Origin: Terriglobia bacterium
GTDB taxonomy: Bacteria > Acidobacteriota > Terriglobia > 20CM-2-55-15
Reading direction: 5' to 3'
NCBI GenBank assembly: GCA_965218585.1
Contig: CBDCLE010000017.1
Span: 205,346-269,345 of the forward strand
Length of the DNA stretch: 64,000 nucleotides
In this document: positions 1-9,206 of the stretch, piece after piece
Numbering within the stretch: position 1 is the first letter of the stretch
Layout of the letters: each line of letters starts with the position of its first letter
The notes under the pieces: model-generated
Seen by the model: the letters and a program-made list of their open reading frames with translations, nothing else
Told to the model about the DNA's origin: nothing
Database searches by the model: none
Made by a program: the position numbers and the translations under genes

Positions 1-117
1 GTCTTCAGTGTAGAGTCGAAAGTGGTCGGGCAGAGCCGCCCTTCCACCGTCCGCTCAATCAAACGGCTCGTGCAGTTTTCCCGCAAGCCGCTTTCCTCAG
101 TTGCTCCTCGCTCGAAG

Positions 118-1443
118 TCACCGGTCCACAAGACCGGGGATCAGATGCGTCAGTCGGACCAAACCAAACTCCCGAATCAGTCGTCGTGCCGGATAGCGGC
201 GCCACATCGTATTGCGCCACCGTTTCGCGAGAAACGAGTGGATACGGCGCTCAATCCAACGGTCCAACTGGTTAAAGAGTCGGCGCACCCGCGCTTTGCG
301 GTAGTAGTTCCCCCAACCACGAATCACTGGGTTGAGCTGGTCGATGACTTCGCCCAGCGTGAGGGGAGCCTTTCGGCGCGAGAGGTGTCGGATTTGCGTC
401 CGGAACCTCTCCACCGACTTTTCCCGTGGAATGGCGTACAGGTTATAGGGATGCATTCCGCGATCCTGCCTCTGTGTATCGGACAGGCGCAGGCCTTTCC
501 CTTGCTTCACCTTGTACCCCAAGAACTCGAAGCCCTGTCGGACGTGTACAATCCGCGTCTTCTTCGGATGGAGCCGAACTCCAAGTGCCTCCCAGAGAAA
601 CCGCTCTGCACATGCGAGTGCCTGCCGGGCTTCCGACGGTGTCCTGCAGACCACCACGAAGTCGTCCGCCCAGCGTGTGAGTCTGTAACCTTGTCGGGTC
701 ATCTCACGGTCAAACGGCGTCAGAAAGATGTTTGACCACAACGGACTGGCCACTCCCCCTTGGGGAACTCCCGTCCGCGTGGGTTGCCAGCAACCTCCGT
801 CCAACACCCCCGAACCCAGGATGACCCGGATCAGTCCCAGTACTCGGCCGTCGCTGATCTCTTCGGCAATTAAGTCGAGGAGCTTCTCCTGGTCAATCGT
901 GTCGAAGAACTGCCGCAAGTCGGCATCAACTACCCATAGGTCTCCCTCGCCCAGCTCTACCCATACTTTCCGCATCGCATCGTGAGGCGAACGCCCCTTG
1001 CGATACCCGAATGAGCAGTCCAGAAACAGCGGCTCGAAGATCGGTTCCATCCGCTGGACCAGTGCCTGCTGACATACTCGATCCATCACGGCCGGTATCC
1101 CCAGCTTTCGCACTCCTCCGTCGGACTTCCCGATCTCGACTCGCTTAACCGGCTTGGGGCGATAACTGCCATCTCGCAGTCTTTGATGCAACAAGGCCAG
1201 ATATTCCTCCTTGCGCGTTTCAAACTGCTCAACGGTCACCTTGTCGATGCCCGCACTACCTCGGTTCCGCTTCACCTTCTCCCAGGCCAACTCCAGATTC
1301 TTGCGACTAAACACCTTGTCGATCAGCGAGTGGACCTTTCGCTTCTTTCCCTGTTTGCTTTCCAATGTCGCTGTGTGGTGACGGGCGGCGGCTTCGTCCG
1401 AATCGCGTTTGGGTCTTTCACTAAGGGAACTGTCCAAGGTCAC
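118..1443 (-). CDS. ltrA: Group II intron reverse transcriptase/maturase (no endonuclease domain)
   Basis: RT0 (NLELAWEKVKRNRGSAGID), RKLGIPAVMDR, GVPQGGVASP, catalytic RWADD and domain X (LNPVIRGWGNYY). GGAGG SD precedes the GTG at 1443. Confidence 0.93.
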   Translation of the reverse strand: MTLDSSLSERPKRDSDEAAARHHTATLESKQGKKRKVHSLIDKVFSRKNLELAWEKVKRNRGSAGIDKVTVEQFETRKEEYLALLHQRLRDGSYRPKPVKRVEIGKSDGGVRKLGIPAVMDRVCQQALVQRMEPIFEPLFLDCSFGYRKGRSPHDAMRKVWVELGEGDLWVVDADLRQFFDTIDQEKLLDLIAEEISDGRVLGLIRVILGSGVLDGGCWQPTRTGVPQGGVASPLWSNIFLTPFDREMTRQGYRLTRWADDFVVVCRTPSEARQALACAERFLWEALGVRLHPKKTRIVHVRQGFEFLGYKVKQGKGLRLSDTQRQDRGMHPYNLYAIPREKSVERFRTQIRHLSRRKAPLTLGEVIDQLNPVIRGWGNYYRKARVRRLFNQLDRWIERRIHSFLAKRWRNTMWRRYPARRLIREFGLVRLTHLIPGLVDR

Positions 1444-1666
1444 GATACCTCCGCCTTTCCCTCGCTCGCACAATCACAACTGAGTACAGGGACTTCCCCC
1501 TCCAACGGGCCTTTTGAACCCGCCAGCGCCGCTGCTTGAAGCAACGATCCGAGATCTTATGTTCGGTGTCTCGTTCCTGAGTACTATTCCCTGATCCGAT
1601 TCCTGGCACCGCGTCGGCCGGAACTTCGCTCTCGCTTATATCCGCACCTACCTTGCGGGGCTCTAG

Positions 1667-3208
1667 GAGTCTGCGCGGCAGAAGGACCGAAATTGGGCGG
1701 GAATGGATGGAAGATAGGGCATGCCACGAACTTACCGAGCCTATATTCCAGAACAGAGCCTGCTGATGCCACCGTCGCTGAGCGATTGGCTGGCCGAAGA
1801 TCACCTGTCGTACTTCATATCGGATGCTGTGGACGCGATGGATTTGAGCGGGTTCGAACAGAGGCATGGAACTGACGGGCCTGGCAATCAGGCCTTCGAT
1901 CCGCGGATGATGGTGAAGGTGATGATCTATGGGTACGGGACCGGAGTGTTTTCATCCAGGAAGATCGCAGCGAAGTTGAGAGAAGATGTGGCGTTCCGGA
2001 TGTTGGGAGCCGAGAACTTTCCCGCGCACCGAACGATCTCGGATTTTCGCAAACTGCATCTTGAGGAGTTCGGGAAGCTGTTTGTGCAAGTGGTGATGAT
2101 GGCGCGAGAAGCGGGTTTGGTGAAGATGGGGACGGTAGCGGTGGACGGAACCAAGATGCGGGCGAATGCGAGCAAACGCAAAGCGATGAGCTATCAACGC
2201 ATGAAGAAGCAGGAGACCGAGTTGGGTGAGCAGATTCGGGATCTGTTGAACCGGGCGACCGCGACCGATGAGGACGAAGACCAGCGTTACGGCAAGGACC
2301 GGCGCGGAGACGAACTACCCGACGGGTTGGCGACCCGTAAGAAGCGTCTGGCCACGATCCAGGCGGCGATGAAGCGACTCGAGGAACGTCAGATGGCTGC
2401 GGACCAGGAAGCCGGACGGAAACCGGGAGACGACGAACCGGGAAGCGGAAAGAAGGGCAAGCCATTCAAACGCCCCATGGGCGAGCCCAAGCCCAAGGCC
2501 CAGGAGAACTTCACCGATCCAGAAAGCCGGATCATGAAGACCTCCACGGAAGGGTTCCAGCAATGTTACAACGCGCAGGCGATGGTGGATTCCGAGGCCC
2601 GGATCATCGTGGCGACCACGGTGAGCGACAATGCGTCGGATGTGGGGCAGTTGGAGCCGACTCTGGATGCGGTGAACAACAACCTGGGAGAGTCTCCAGG
2701 CCGCGTGCTCGCTGATGCGGGGTATCGATCCGAGTCGAATCTGGGGATGTTAGAACAACGCCAAATTGATGGGTATGTCGCCATGGGGCGGGAGAAGGAC
2801 CTGGACGATGCCCCCCTCCCGCCACAAGATACCGCGCTTGGTCGGATGACGAGAAAAATGAAATCCCCGTCTGGGCGTGATCGCTACCGGGCCAGAAAGC
2901 ACATTGGTGAACCGCCCTTCGGGTGGATCAAATCGGTGCTCGGATTCCGACAGTTCAGTCTGCGAGGTTTGGACAAGGTGACCTGTGAGTGGAACCTGGT
3001 GACTCTAGCAGTGAACTTACGACGGATGAACGGGAAGATCGAATGGGCCTAATCCGGAAAACCGGGACCGCCACCCTTATCACACGGCTTACTACTGGAG
3101 TCCGCACCGGTCTGAGTTCATCATAACGGCAGAATCGGTCCGGTCGCCTCCGACAACACGATCAAATCCCAATAAATCCAGGTTCTTTCCGCTCTGCCGC
3201 GCAGACTC
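1667..3208 (+). mobile_element. IS1182-family insertion sequence
   Basis: Terminal IRs GAGTCTGCGCGGCAGA / TCTGCCGCGCAGACTC, flanked by CTAG at 1663-1666 and 3209-3212. Confidence 0.92.
1721..3052 (+). CDS. IS1182-family DDE transposase
   Basis: DPRMMVKVMIYGY, SSRKIA, AVDGTKMRANAS, TDPESR, LADAGY, EPPFGWIK motifs. Confidence 0.93.
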   Translation: MPRTYRAYIPEQSLLMPPSLSDWLAEDHLSYFISDAVDAMDLSGFEQRHGTDGPGNQAFDPRMMVKVMIYGYGTGVFSSRKIAAKLREDVAFRMLGAENFPAHRTISDFRKLHLEEFGKLFVQVVMMAREAGLVKMGTVAVDGTKMRANASKRKAMSYQRMKKQETELGEQIRDLLNRATATDEDEDQRYGKDRRGDELPDGLATRKKRLATIQAAMKRLEERQMAADQEAGRKPGDDEPGSGKKGKPFKRPMGEPKPKAQENFTDPESRIMKTSTEGFQQCYNAQAMVDSEARIIVATTVSDNASDVGQLEPTLDAVNNNLGESPGRVLADAGYRSESNLGMLEQRQIDGYVAMGREKDLDDAPLPPQDTALGRMTRKMKSPSGRDRYRARKHIGEPPFGWIKSVLGFRQFSLRGLDKVTCEWNLVTLAVNLRRMNGKIEWA

Positions 3209-3381
3209 CTAGCCCACCGCCTTCTTCCATCGGCGTGCCGCCCCATCTCATTGACCTTCCGGAGCGGCCAACTGACATTCGTCACGCAGTCGGCCATTTA
3301 AGCTTCAAACCCAGCCCGATCCCAACACATTACGACTGCATACAAGAATACGCGTATAAGCCTGTCCTTTTGTGCAATGGG

Positions 3382-3666
3382 TTAGCGATCGGTGTTGGTG
3401 AGCTCTGCTATTGAGGGTAGGCCCCGATCCTTGAACACACGGTCAAGCCCTTCCATCAAAAGAGAATGCATTTTGGTGTTTTCTTCAAAGGCCAAACGGC
3501 GAATCTGTTCATAGACCGGCACCGGAAGATAGGCGGTCTGCTGCTTCACTCGTCGCCGCTTGCCGATGGGCTGGCGAATGGCGCTGTTGTCTTCCGGAGC
3601 TGCGGCATCTGGCGCGACAGCGGCAGGGTTCAGCACCGCTTCAAGAGACGTGCGTTTTTTGGGCAT
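3382..3666 (-). CDS. ParG-like ribbon-helix-helix partition partner
   Basis: 94-aa ORF directly downstream of parA with a C-terminal RHH-like segment (QQTAYLPVPVYEQIRRLAFEE...LLMEGLD). Confidence 0.7.
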   Translation of the reverse strand: MPKKRTSLEAVLNPAAVAPDAAAPEDNSAIRQPIGKRRRVKQQTAYLPVPVYEQIRRLAFEENTKMHSLLMEGLDRVFKDRGLPSIAELTNTDR

Positions 3667-3669
3667 CGT

Positions 3670-4284
3670 TTACTTTCTCCAATTTCTGGGCGATCCAGTG
3701 CCACAGCTCCCTGATTTCGTCGGCTGCTTTCCCGTCGGGTTCGGACTCGGTGACTGTAGGCCCATCCCGTAAGCGTCCTGAAAAGCGCTACGCGCAACTA
3801 CGTGCACCGGAGCGGCCAGCCCCAGGACACTCAAACCTCTGGCCGCTTCGCGGATTCGGTAACCTCGGGGCGGCGTCTGATTCAAAACAAACGCACTCAC
3901 CTTGCCAAGGCGATTGATAGTGGCCACCGTTGGGGGCGTGGCCTTCATGTCCGCCGATGTCGGCCGGCAGGGGATCAGGCACAAATCTGCCTGGCGGATT
4001 GCCGCAGCCGTGCTGGGTTCATCGTGGCCAGGAGTGTCGATCAGGATCACGTCAAAGCGCTCGCGGCTGCCCGTGATGGCAGTCGGGAGTTCGGCGGCCG
4101 TGACGGCGGCCAGCTTCGGCGTCGGCGATTCACGCGCCTGATACCATGACTCGGCAGTCTTTTGCGGGTCCATGTCCAGGACAAGCACCCGGCCGCCGAG
4201 CTCGGCGGCGGCCACCGCACAGGACAGGACGAGAGTGGTCTTGCCGCTGCCGCCCTTTTGGGTAACAAAGGTGATTACGCGCAT
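3670..4284 (-). CDS. parA: ParA (type Ib, short) ATPase, with apparent frameshift near the C-terminus
   Basis: Deviant Walker A QKGGSGKTT, DMDPQ, LIDTPG. The canonical C-terminus (TVTESEPDGKAADEIRELWHWI) lies in another frame after ~3757. Confidence 0.85.
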   Translation of the reverse strand: MRVITFVTQKGGSGKTTLVLSCAVAAAELGGRVLVLDMDPQKTAESWYQARESPTPKLAAVTAAELPTAITGSRERFDVILIDTPGHDEPSTAAAIRQADLCLIPCRPTSADMKATPPTVATINRLGKVSAFVLNQTPPRGYRIREAARGLSVLGLAAPVHVVARSAFQDAYGMGLQSPSPNPTGKQPTKSGSCGTGSPRNWRK

Positions 4285-4541
4285 ACGAGTATAATCGTAA
4301 CGCTGTGTAATTGTCTAAAGCAAGACAATGACAACATCATACAATGATACACGGATCGTGCGGCTGCTTCTCAAGTCTCCCCGCCAGCTAGAGCTGAAAA
4401 GATATTCTGGGTAGCGGGGCGGTCGATCCATTCTCTGGCGGGATCAGTTCTCGTCATTCTCCGTTCTGGCCGGCTGCACTACGTCCCTCAAAATCTGGGC
4501 GCTGAAGGGGTGGCCCTTGCACTTTATAGCGCTGTTTCGCT

Positions 4542-4560
4542 TGCAACGTGAAGTGTTGCA
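4542..4560. promoter_or_regulatory. Putative HigA operator palindrome
   Basis: TGCAAC-N7-GTTGCA immediately upstream of higB. Confidence 0.55.
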
Positions 4561-4575
4561 TCCGATACTGGGCCA

Positions 4576-4848
4576 GTGCAGATAGCGCACGCGGGATTGA
4601 GGCGCTTGTTCGAGCGCGGTGACAGCCGCCGGCTGAACCCAGCCCATGTGCGGCGCATCCGGCGCGTGCTGGCGGATCTGGCCGTCGCGTCTTCTCCGAC
4701 AGACCTGGATCAACCCGGCTACCGGCTGCACCCGCTGACTGGCGACCGGCGCGACCAATGGAGCGTACGCGTATCCGGGAACTGGCGCATCGTCTTCCGT
4801 TTTGTGGATGGCATGGCGGTGGACGTGGACCTGATCGACTACCACTAA
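4576..4848 (+). CDS. higB: HigB (RelE-family, plasmid-killer type) toxin
   Basis: PGYRLHPLTGDR..WSVRVSGNWRIVFRF..VDLIDYH signature; toxin precedes antitoxin. Confidence 0.9.
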   Translation: MQIAHAGLRRLFERGDSRRLNPAHVRRIRRVLADLAVASSPTDLDQPGYRLHPLTGDRRDQWSVRVSGNWRIVFRFVDGMAVDVDLIDYH

Positions 4849-4860
4849 GGGGGAGAATCC

Positions 4861-5127
4861 ATGCCTATGTACGACCCACCACATCCCGGCGAGATGATCC
4901 GAGACATCCTGGAAGATCAAGAGGTCGACTGGAGTGTGACAGAGTGTGCTCAGCGTCTCGACGTGGCGCGGAACACACTGTCGCGGCTACTCAATGGACG
5001 TCTTGGAATCTCGCCACGCATGGCGCTGGCGCTGGAGCGAATTGGTTGGAGCAACGCGGATCACTGGATGCGTCTTCAGGCGGCTTATGACTTGGCGCAA
5101 GAGAGGCGCAAGCAGTCGGCTGCGTGA
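4861..5127 (+). CDS. higA: HigA HTH antitoxin
   Basis: PPHPGE...LDVARNTLSRLLNGR.GISPRMAL...WMRLQAAYDL. Confidence 0.92.
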   Translation: MPMYDPPHPGEMIRDILEDQEVDWSVTECAQRLDVARNTLSRLLNGRLGISPRMALALERIGWSNADHWMRLQAAYDLAQERRKQSAA

Positions 5128-5217
5128 ATTGTGGTGAATCTGGGAGGATTGTGCGAGGCCATCACCGGCCGGAGGGTATCCCCATGAAACGACAGCCGAA
5201 AACCAGAGCTTGAGATT

Positions 5218-6144
5218 GTGCGCCACGATCCCGTAGCAGACGCCACGCCGCAGGCGCGGGACCCTTTCCGGATGCTCGACCAGGTCAACGCATTGGCCGA
5301 GGCGCGCGAGGCCGATCCGGACCTCGGCTTCGTGGGGAGGGTGTTGGCGCTGTGCAGCCTGCCACGGACGAATCCAGGAAACCAAGACAAATACATCCGA
5401 CGGAACGGACCGTTCACTCTGGTGATGACCGCAACGGGGGAATACAAACTGCCCTACGGCACCCTGCCGCGTCTCTTAATGGCCTGGGTCTCGACCGAAG
5501 CCGTGCGTACTCAGAACCGCGAACTCGTCTTGGGGGATTCGCTCGCGCACTTCATGAGGACGTTGGGAATTTACAACAGCGGCGGCCACCCGCAAACGCG
5601 CCTAAAAAACCAGATGCGGCGGTTGTTCAACGCGAGCATTCGGTTGATTCACAAACACGAACATGGCGAGCGGTTCATCGCCTCGCAGATCGCCGACAGG
5701 GGGGAGTTCTGGTGGGACCCCAAGCGACCCGCGGAGCGAACGCTATGGCAGAGCAAGATTCGGCTGGGTGAAGAGTTTTTCAACGAGATCATCCATCATC
5801 CGGTGCCTCTGGACATGAACACGCTGAAGGGGCTGAAGCGGTCGCCCCTCGGGCTCGACTTGTACATGTGGCTGGTCTACCGGACATTCAAACTCGATGC
5901 CCCGCTGCGGCTGTCTTGGCCGGTGCTCTATCGGCAGTTCGGGGCGGACCCGAGCCGATCCTACGATAACGTGACGGTCCAGCATTTCCAAACAGACTGC
6001 CTGCGCGAGCTGAAGAAGATCAGGACAGCTTGGCCGGGCCTGAAATACCGCATCGAGCGCGGCCGACGACATGAAAAGACCGGGGGGGGGGGGGTTCTGT
6101 TGCCATCCACCCCGCAGATCCCTCCTCTAAAACTCGTCATATAG
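5218..6144 (+). CDS. repA: Plasmid replication initiator RepA (IncW/RepA_C-like), copy 1
   Basis: LCSLPRTNPG, LPYGTLPRLLMAW, STEAVRT, SPLGLDLYMWL, LYRQFG. The SD+ATG at 5184 is one base out of frame, and there is a long G run near 6082-6094. Confidence 0.85.
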   Translation: MRHDPVADATPQARDPFRMLDQVNALAEAREADPDLGFVGRVLALCSLPRTNPGNQDKYIRRNGPFTLVMTATGEYKLPYGTLPRLLMAWVSTEAVRTQNRELVLGDSLAHFMRTLGIYNSGGHPQTRLKNQMRRLFNASIRLIHKHEHGERFIASQIADRGEFWWDPKRPAERTLWQSKIRLGEEFFNEIIHHPVPLDMNTLKGLKRSPLGLDLYMWLVYRTFKLDAPLRLSWPVLYRQFGADPSRSYDNVTVQHFQTDCLRELKKIRTAWPGLKYRIERGRRHEKTGGGGVLLPSTPQIPPLKLVI

Positions 6145-6160
6145 CCCAACGACAGCCTAG

Positions 6161-6268
6161 GAGTCTGCGCGGCAGAACGATTTTGAGTCATTGCGACCAC
6201 AACATAGTGTGTGTGCGCAGCACTTAGCATCGACATGGAGTACCGAGTTTCTTCTGCCGCGCAGACTC
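6161..6268. mobile_element. 108-bp MITE with IS1182 terminal inverted repeats
   Basis: Ends GAGTCTGCGCGGCAGAA / TTCTGCCGCGCAGACTC match the IS at 1667-3208. CTAG is duplicated at 6157-6160 and 6269-6272. No coding capacity. Confidence 0.9.
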
Positions 6269-6363
6269 CTAGGGGCGCCATTTGCCCCCATAACGAAACG
6301 GGGCTGTCCGGCCGTTGCGGAACCGTCAGAGGCCTTGTCAGAGTCGTTTCCACAGGTCGCTGT

Positions 6364-6471
6364 GATTTCGGGGAGTTTTCAACGGTCTTTCACCGCACAT
6401 GACTCCCCCAAATCAACGGTCTTTCACCACACACTACAAGTAATAAGAACAAGTAGTAAGAAACAAGTAGG
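6364..6471. repeat. Iteron-like direct repeats plus A-rich repeats (candidate oriV)
   Basis: TCAACGGTCTTTCACC x2 (6379, 6413), inverted GATTTCGGGGAGT/ACTCCCCCAAATC, and ACAAGTA(A/G) x3 downstream of repA. Confidence 0.55.
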
Positions 6472-6499
6472 AGGAGCGGCAGAATCTGTTGAAAAACCA

Positions 6500-6700
6500 C
6501 AGACACTGAACAATTCCGGCTTCTATCTGGACGTTACCGGACATGCCCTCTTTCCACGCGCCACGGCAGATCCACCGCACTTCGCTGTGCAAAGTGCCGG
6601 TTTTGACACCGGCGCCGGGTTGACAGCGGCAATGGGCTATACCTTTGGAGGAAGGTTCTCGCCCGAAGTCGAATGGGGATTCCAGCGGGTTGGCATCGGC
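6500..6700 (+). pseudogene. Outer-membrane beta-barrel protein fragment
   Basis: SGFYLDVTG...FDTGAGLTAAMGYTFGGRFSPEVEWGFQ resembles OmpA/Msp4-like barrel strands; no start or signal peptide, and it is truncated. Confidence 0.4.
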
Positions 6701-6888
6701 AATCCAGATGAGAATCTCTCCAGGCTAATTGTCGTTGGGGCATCTTCGCGGCCCGCAGCTTTTAAAATCTCCCAGATGTCGTCGCAGAAATCCCCCTTCA
6801 CTTCGAGGACCAGCGCGGCGGTTCGGCGCTCCGGCTCCGTGGCGTGCCAGCCGAGCAATTGCCGGGCAAACGGGTTCATGCAGGCCAG

Positions 6889-7797
6889 TTGAACATCTAT
6901 ATCGACGAGTCTGGAGCGTTCGTTCCACCCATCCACAATCGCCCACATCTCTACTCTCTCGTGCTCGCACTCGTCGTGCCGAGCGCGAATGAGAGCGAGC
7001 TCTTCTATCAGTTCCTTCGCTTGCGCGATAGCTGGCCGCAACAGGCTGTCGAGATTAAGGGAAGCAAGCTCAACGAGGACCAAACGGCTCAAGTTATGAA
7101 GGTGCTAGCCGCGCACGGCGTCATTGCCGAATATCGTGCGATCGACATGGCGTTGCACCCAAGCGAGGTCATCGACGAATTTAAAAGTCGCCAAGCGGCA
7201 TCGCTAACCGAGCACCTCACGCCGTCGCACGCCGTAGCCGTCGTACAAAGAGTGCACGACGACGCCGAGGTGATTCGTACAATCGCAAATCCGCTCTTCG
7301 TGCAAGCAGTCGTGACTATTGAACTCATTCTCGAAATGCTCGGTACAGCAATCAATTACTTTGCCCAACGGCGGCCCCGCGAACTTGGTCGGTTCGCCTG
7401 GGTGATCGACCAGAAAGACCGTTCCATTACTCAGATGGAGCAGCTTTGGTCTAGCCTGATTATGCCTGTTGGAGAGTCAGAAAGCGCGCGGCATCCGTAC
7501 GCTAGGGTTGAAGGCTTCGACTACAGCCACTTCGAAAAGTACGAAATCGACGAATCAACCGCCGACGAAAAGATGAAGCGGCACCTTCAATGGATGCGCA
7601 GCACACTCCCTTTCTCGAAGGCCGTCCCGGACCGTCTACGCTGCATCAATGCAAAGCGGATTTGGACGGAAGAACGATCATTCGCAGACTCCAAAGACAA
7701 TCTCGGGCTGCAACTCGCGGATATTGCTGTTAGCAGCCTAGTACTACTATGTTACAAACGAAGCGGTCCACAGAACGGACAACGAGGAAGCTGCTGA
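6889..7797 (+). CDS. DUF3800-like RNase H-fold protein, C-terminus interrupted by IS701
   Basis: N-terminal IYIDESG and C-terminal DSKDNLGLQLADI motifs. The last ~17 codons come from the IS end. Confidence 0.65.
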   Translation: MNIYIDESGAFVPPIHNRPHLYSLVLALVVPSANESELFYQFLRLRDSWPQQAVEIKGSKLNEDQTAQVMKVLAAHGVIAEYRAIDMALHPSEVIDEFKSRQAASLTEHLTPSHAVAVVQRVHDDAEVIRTIANPLFVQAVVTIELILEMLGTAINYFAQRRPRELGRFAWVIDQKDRSITQMEQLWSSLIMPVGESESARHPYARVEGFDYSHFEKYEIDESTADEKMKRHLQWMRSTLPFSKAVPDRLRCINAKRIWTEERSFADSKDNLGLQLADIAVSSLVLLCYKRSGPQNGQRGSC

Positions 7798-9206
7798 ATC
7801 AGGAAGCGGGCGATGCGAATGCGAAGCGTGGCAATCGAGCAGGGGTTATGTCGTTCGGGCCGGATCCGGGGTTCCGCGGGGTTTGAAGTGTTTGGGGAGT
7901 TTGGGGACGGATAGTCCAACATGCTCGACAAATGCAGAGGGGGAAAAACGGCTCCGCTCGGCGACCAGGAACCCATAAGAGGCAATACATAAGGTGCCAT
8001 GATGGTGAAATCCACGCCAGCCGCGACCTTCGTAGTGTCCCAGACCGAGTTCCTGCTTGAGTTCCTGATAGTCGCGTTCGATGATCCAGCGCTGTTTGGC
8101 CTGACCGGCCAGATCGGAAAGCGAGGTATGGGCCCCAAGAGTGGAGAGCCAATACCGGATCGGTTCGGATGCGGTCTTGGGCCACTCGACCAACAACCAC
8201 TCTTTCGGATGCGGCGAGTGGCGCTCGTGATCCAGATGAGCGGGACGAATGCGAACTGCGGCGAAACGGGAACGCAGGGTCTCGGAGGTGCCTTCGCGCC
8301 AGGAGACGTTCTTCCAACGCTGGGGAGACAACGAGAGGGCCAGTTGCTTGACCGAAACCGGTTGATGTTTCTTGTTGCGCTGCATGCGGGTCGGTGTCCG
8401 TCCGCGGCCGGTCAAGGATTTCGGCGGCAAGGGACCCTGGCCCGGTTTCCACACGGTCGTGGTGCCTTGCACCCCTAGGACGTAGCTAAGTCCGAGTTCG
8501 GTGATGCCGTGCCGGAACTTGTAGTTGTTGCCGTAGGCCGTATCGCCCAGAACCGGTGCCGGAGCAATGCCGTCATCGACGGCCTGCCGGATTTGTTCCA
8601 AAGCAATTTGAGGTTTAGTTTGAAATCGAACGTCTTCGGGAATAGCGGCTTTGCTTCGACGTTCCGGATCCTTCGCCCAGGTCTCGGGGAGGTAGAGTCG
8701 CCATGCCACCGGCAAGCTGGATTTCGCTGTCGCCACCGACAGGCTCACCGCCACCCGGCAGTTCTCAGGTTTGCCGACCTGTCCACAGTATTGCCGGGCC
8801 ACACCCACCGAGTGGGTCCCCTTTTTCACGAATCCGGTGTCGTCGACAATCCAGGCTTCAATCGGACCGTTGGCTTCCATCGCCCCCAGCGCGTACTGTC
8901 GAACTTCTGCCAACAGAGCCGCATCGTCCCAGGGCGCATCCGCGACCAGATGATGTAGCGACTGGTGCATTCGGCGTACATTATCCGGAGCCAATCGTGC
9001 AGCCATCGGCTCCACACTCTTACGTTTGATCGGCAGCAACAACCCGGTGCAGTACGACTTCAACGGTTCATGACGATCGGCGTGTCCTGCGGCCGACGCC
9101 AGGCGTTCCAAATAGGCCGCAAAACGTTTTTCCTGAGTGCCTGGCGCCTTCGATTTGGCGCTCATGACCGGATGCTAACATAAAATAGACCGTTTGTAAC
9201 ACAGTA
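7745..9206 (-). mobile_element. IS701-family insertion sequence
   Basis: IRs TACTATGTTACAAACG / CGTTTGTAACACAGTA, flanked by GTAC on both sides. Confidence 0.85.
7846..9165 (-). CDS. IS701-family transposase
   Basis: RKSVEPMAARL, WIVDDTGFVKKGTHSVGVARQYCG, RWIIERDYQELKQELGLGHYEGR. Confidence 0.95.
   Translation of the reverse strand: MSAKSKAPGTQEKRFAAYLERLASAAGHADRHEPLKSYCTGLLLPIKRKSVEPMAARLAPDNVRRMHQSLHHLVADAPWDDAALLAEVRQYALGAMEANGPIEAWIVDDTGFVKKGTHSVGVARQYCGQVGKPENCRVAVSLSVATAKSSLPVAWRLYLPETWAKDPERRSKAAIPEDVRFQTKPQIALEQIRQAVDDGIAPAPVLGDTAYGNNYKFRHGITELGLSYVLGVQGTTTVWKPGQGPLPPKSLTGRGRTPTRMQRNKKHQPVSVKQLALSLSPQRWKNVSWREGTSETLRSRFAAVRIRPAHLDHERHSPHPKEWLLVEWPKTASEPIRYWLSTLGAHTSLSDLAGQAKQRWIIERDYQELKQELGLGHYEGRGWRGFHHHGTLCIASYGFLVAERSRFSPSAFVEHVGLSVPKLPKHFKPRGTPDPARTT

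Larger units (their letters stand above)
10..3330 (-). mobile_element. Group II intron, interrupted by IS1182; 5' boundary uncertain, probably 5'-truncated
   Basis: After the RT stop on the minus strand: domain V AAGCGGCTTGCGGGAAAACTGCACGAGCCGTTT, then domain VI ending ...CGACTCTAC at position 10. Upstream of the ORF: a DIII-like CAGGGAATAGTAC...GGAAGTCCCTG. Intron-like sequence (GCCGAC..GGAAGGTCAA..GGCGGCACGC) continues beyond the IS at 3213-3330. Confidence 0.8.

Noticed and set aside
22-735. 237-aa plus-strand ORF
   Set aside because: Antisense shadow of the intron RT.
118-1443. RT as a retron, DGR or defence RT
   Set aside because: RT0, domain X and adjacent DV/DVI RNA identify it as a group II intron protein.
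6191-6892. 233-aa ORF as a real gene
   Set aside because: It runs through the MITE and repeat tract; only a short internal part looks like a barrel-protein remnant.
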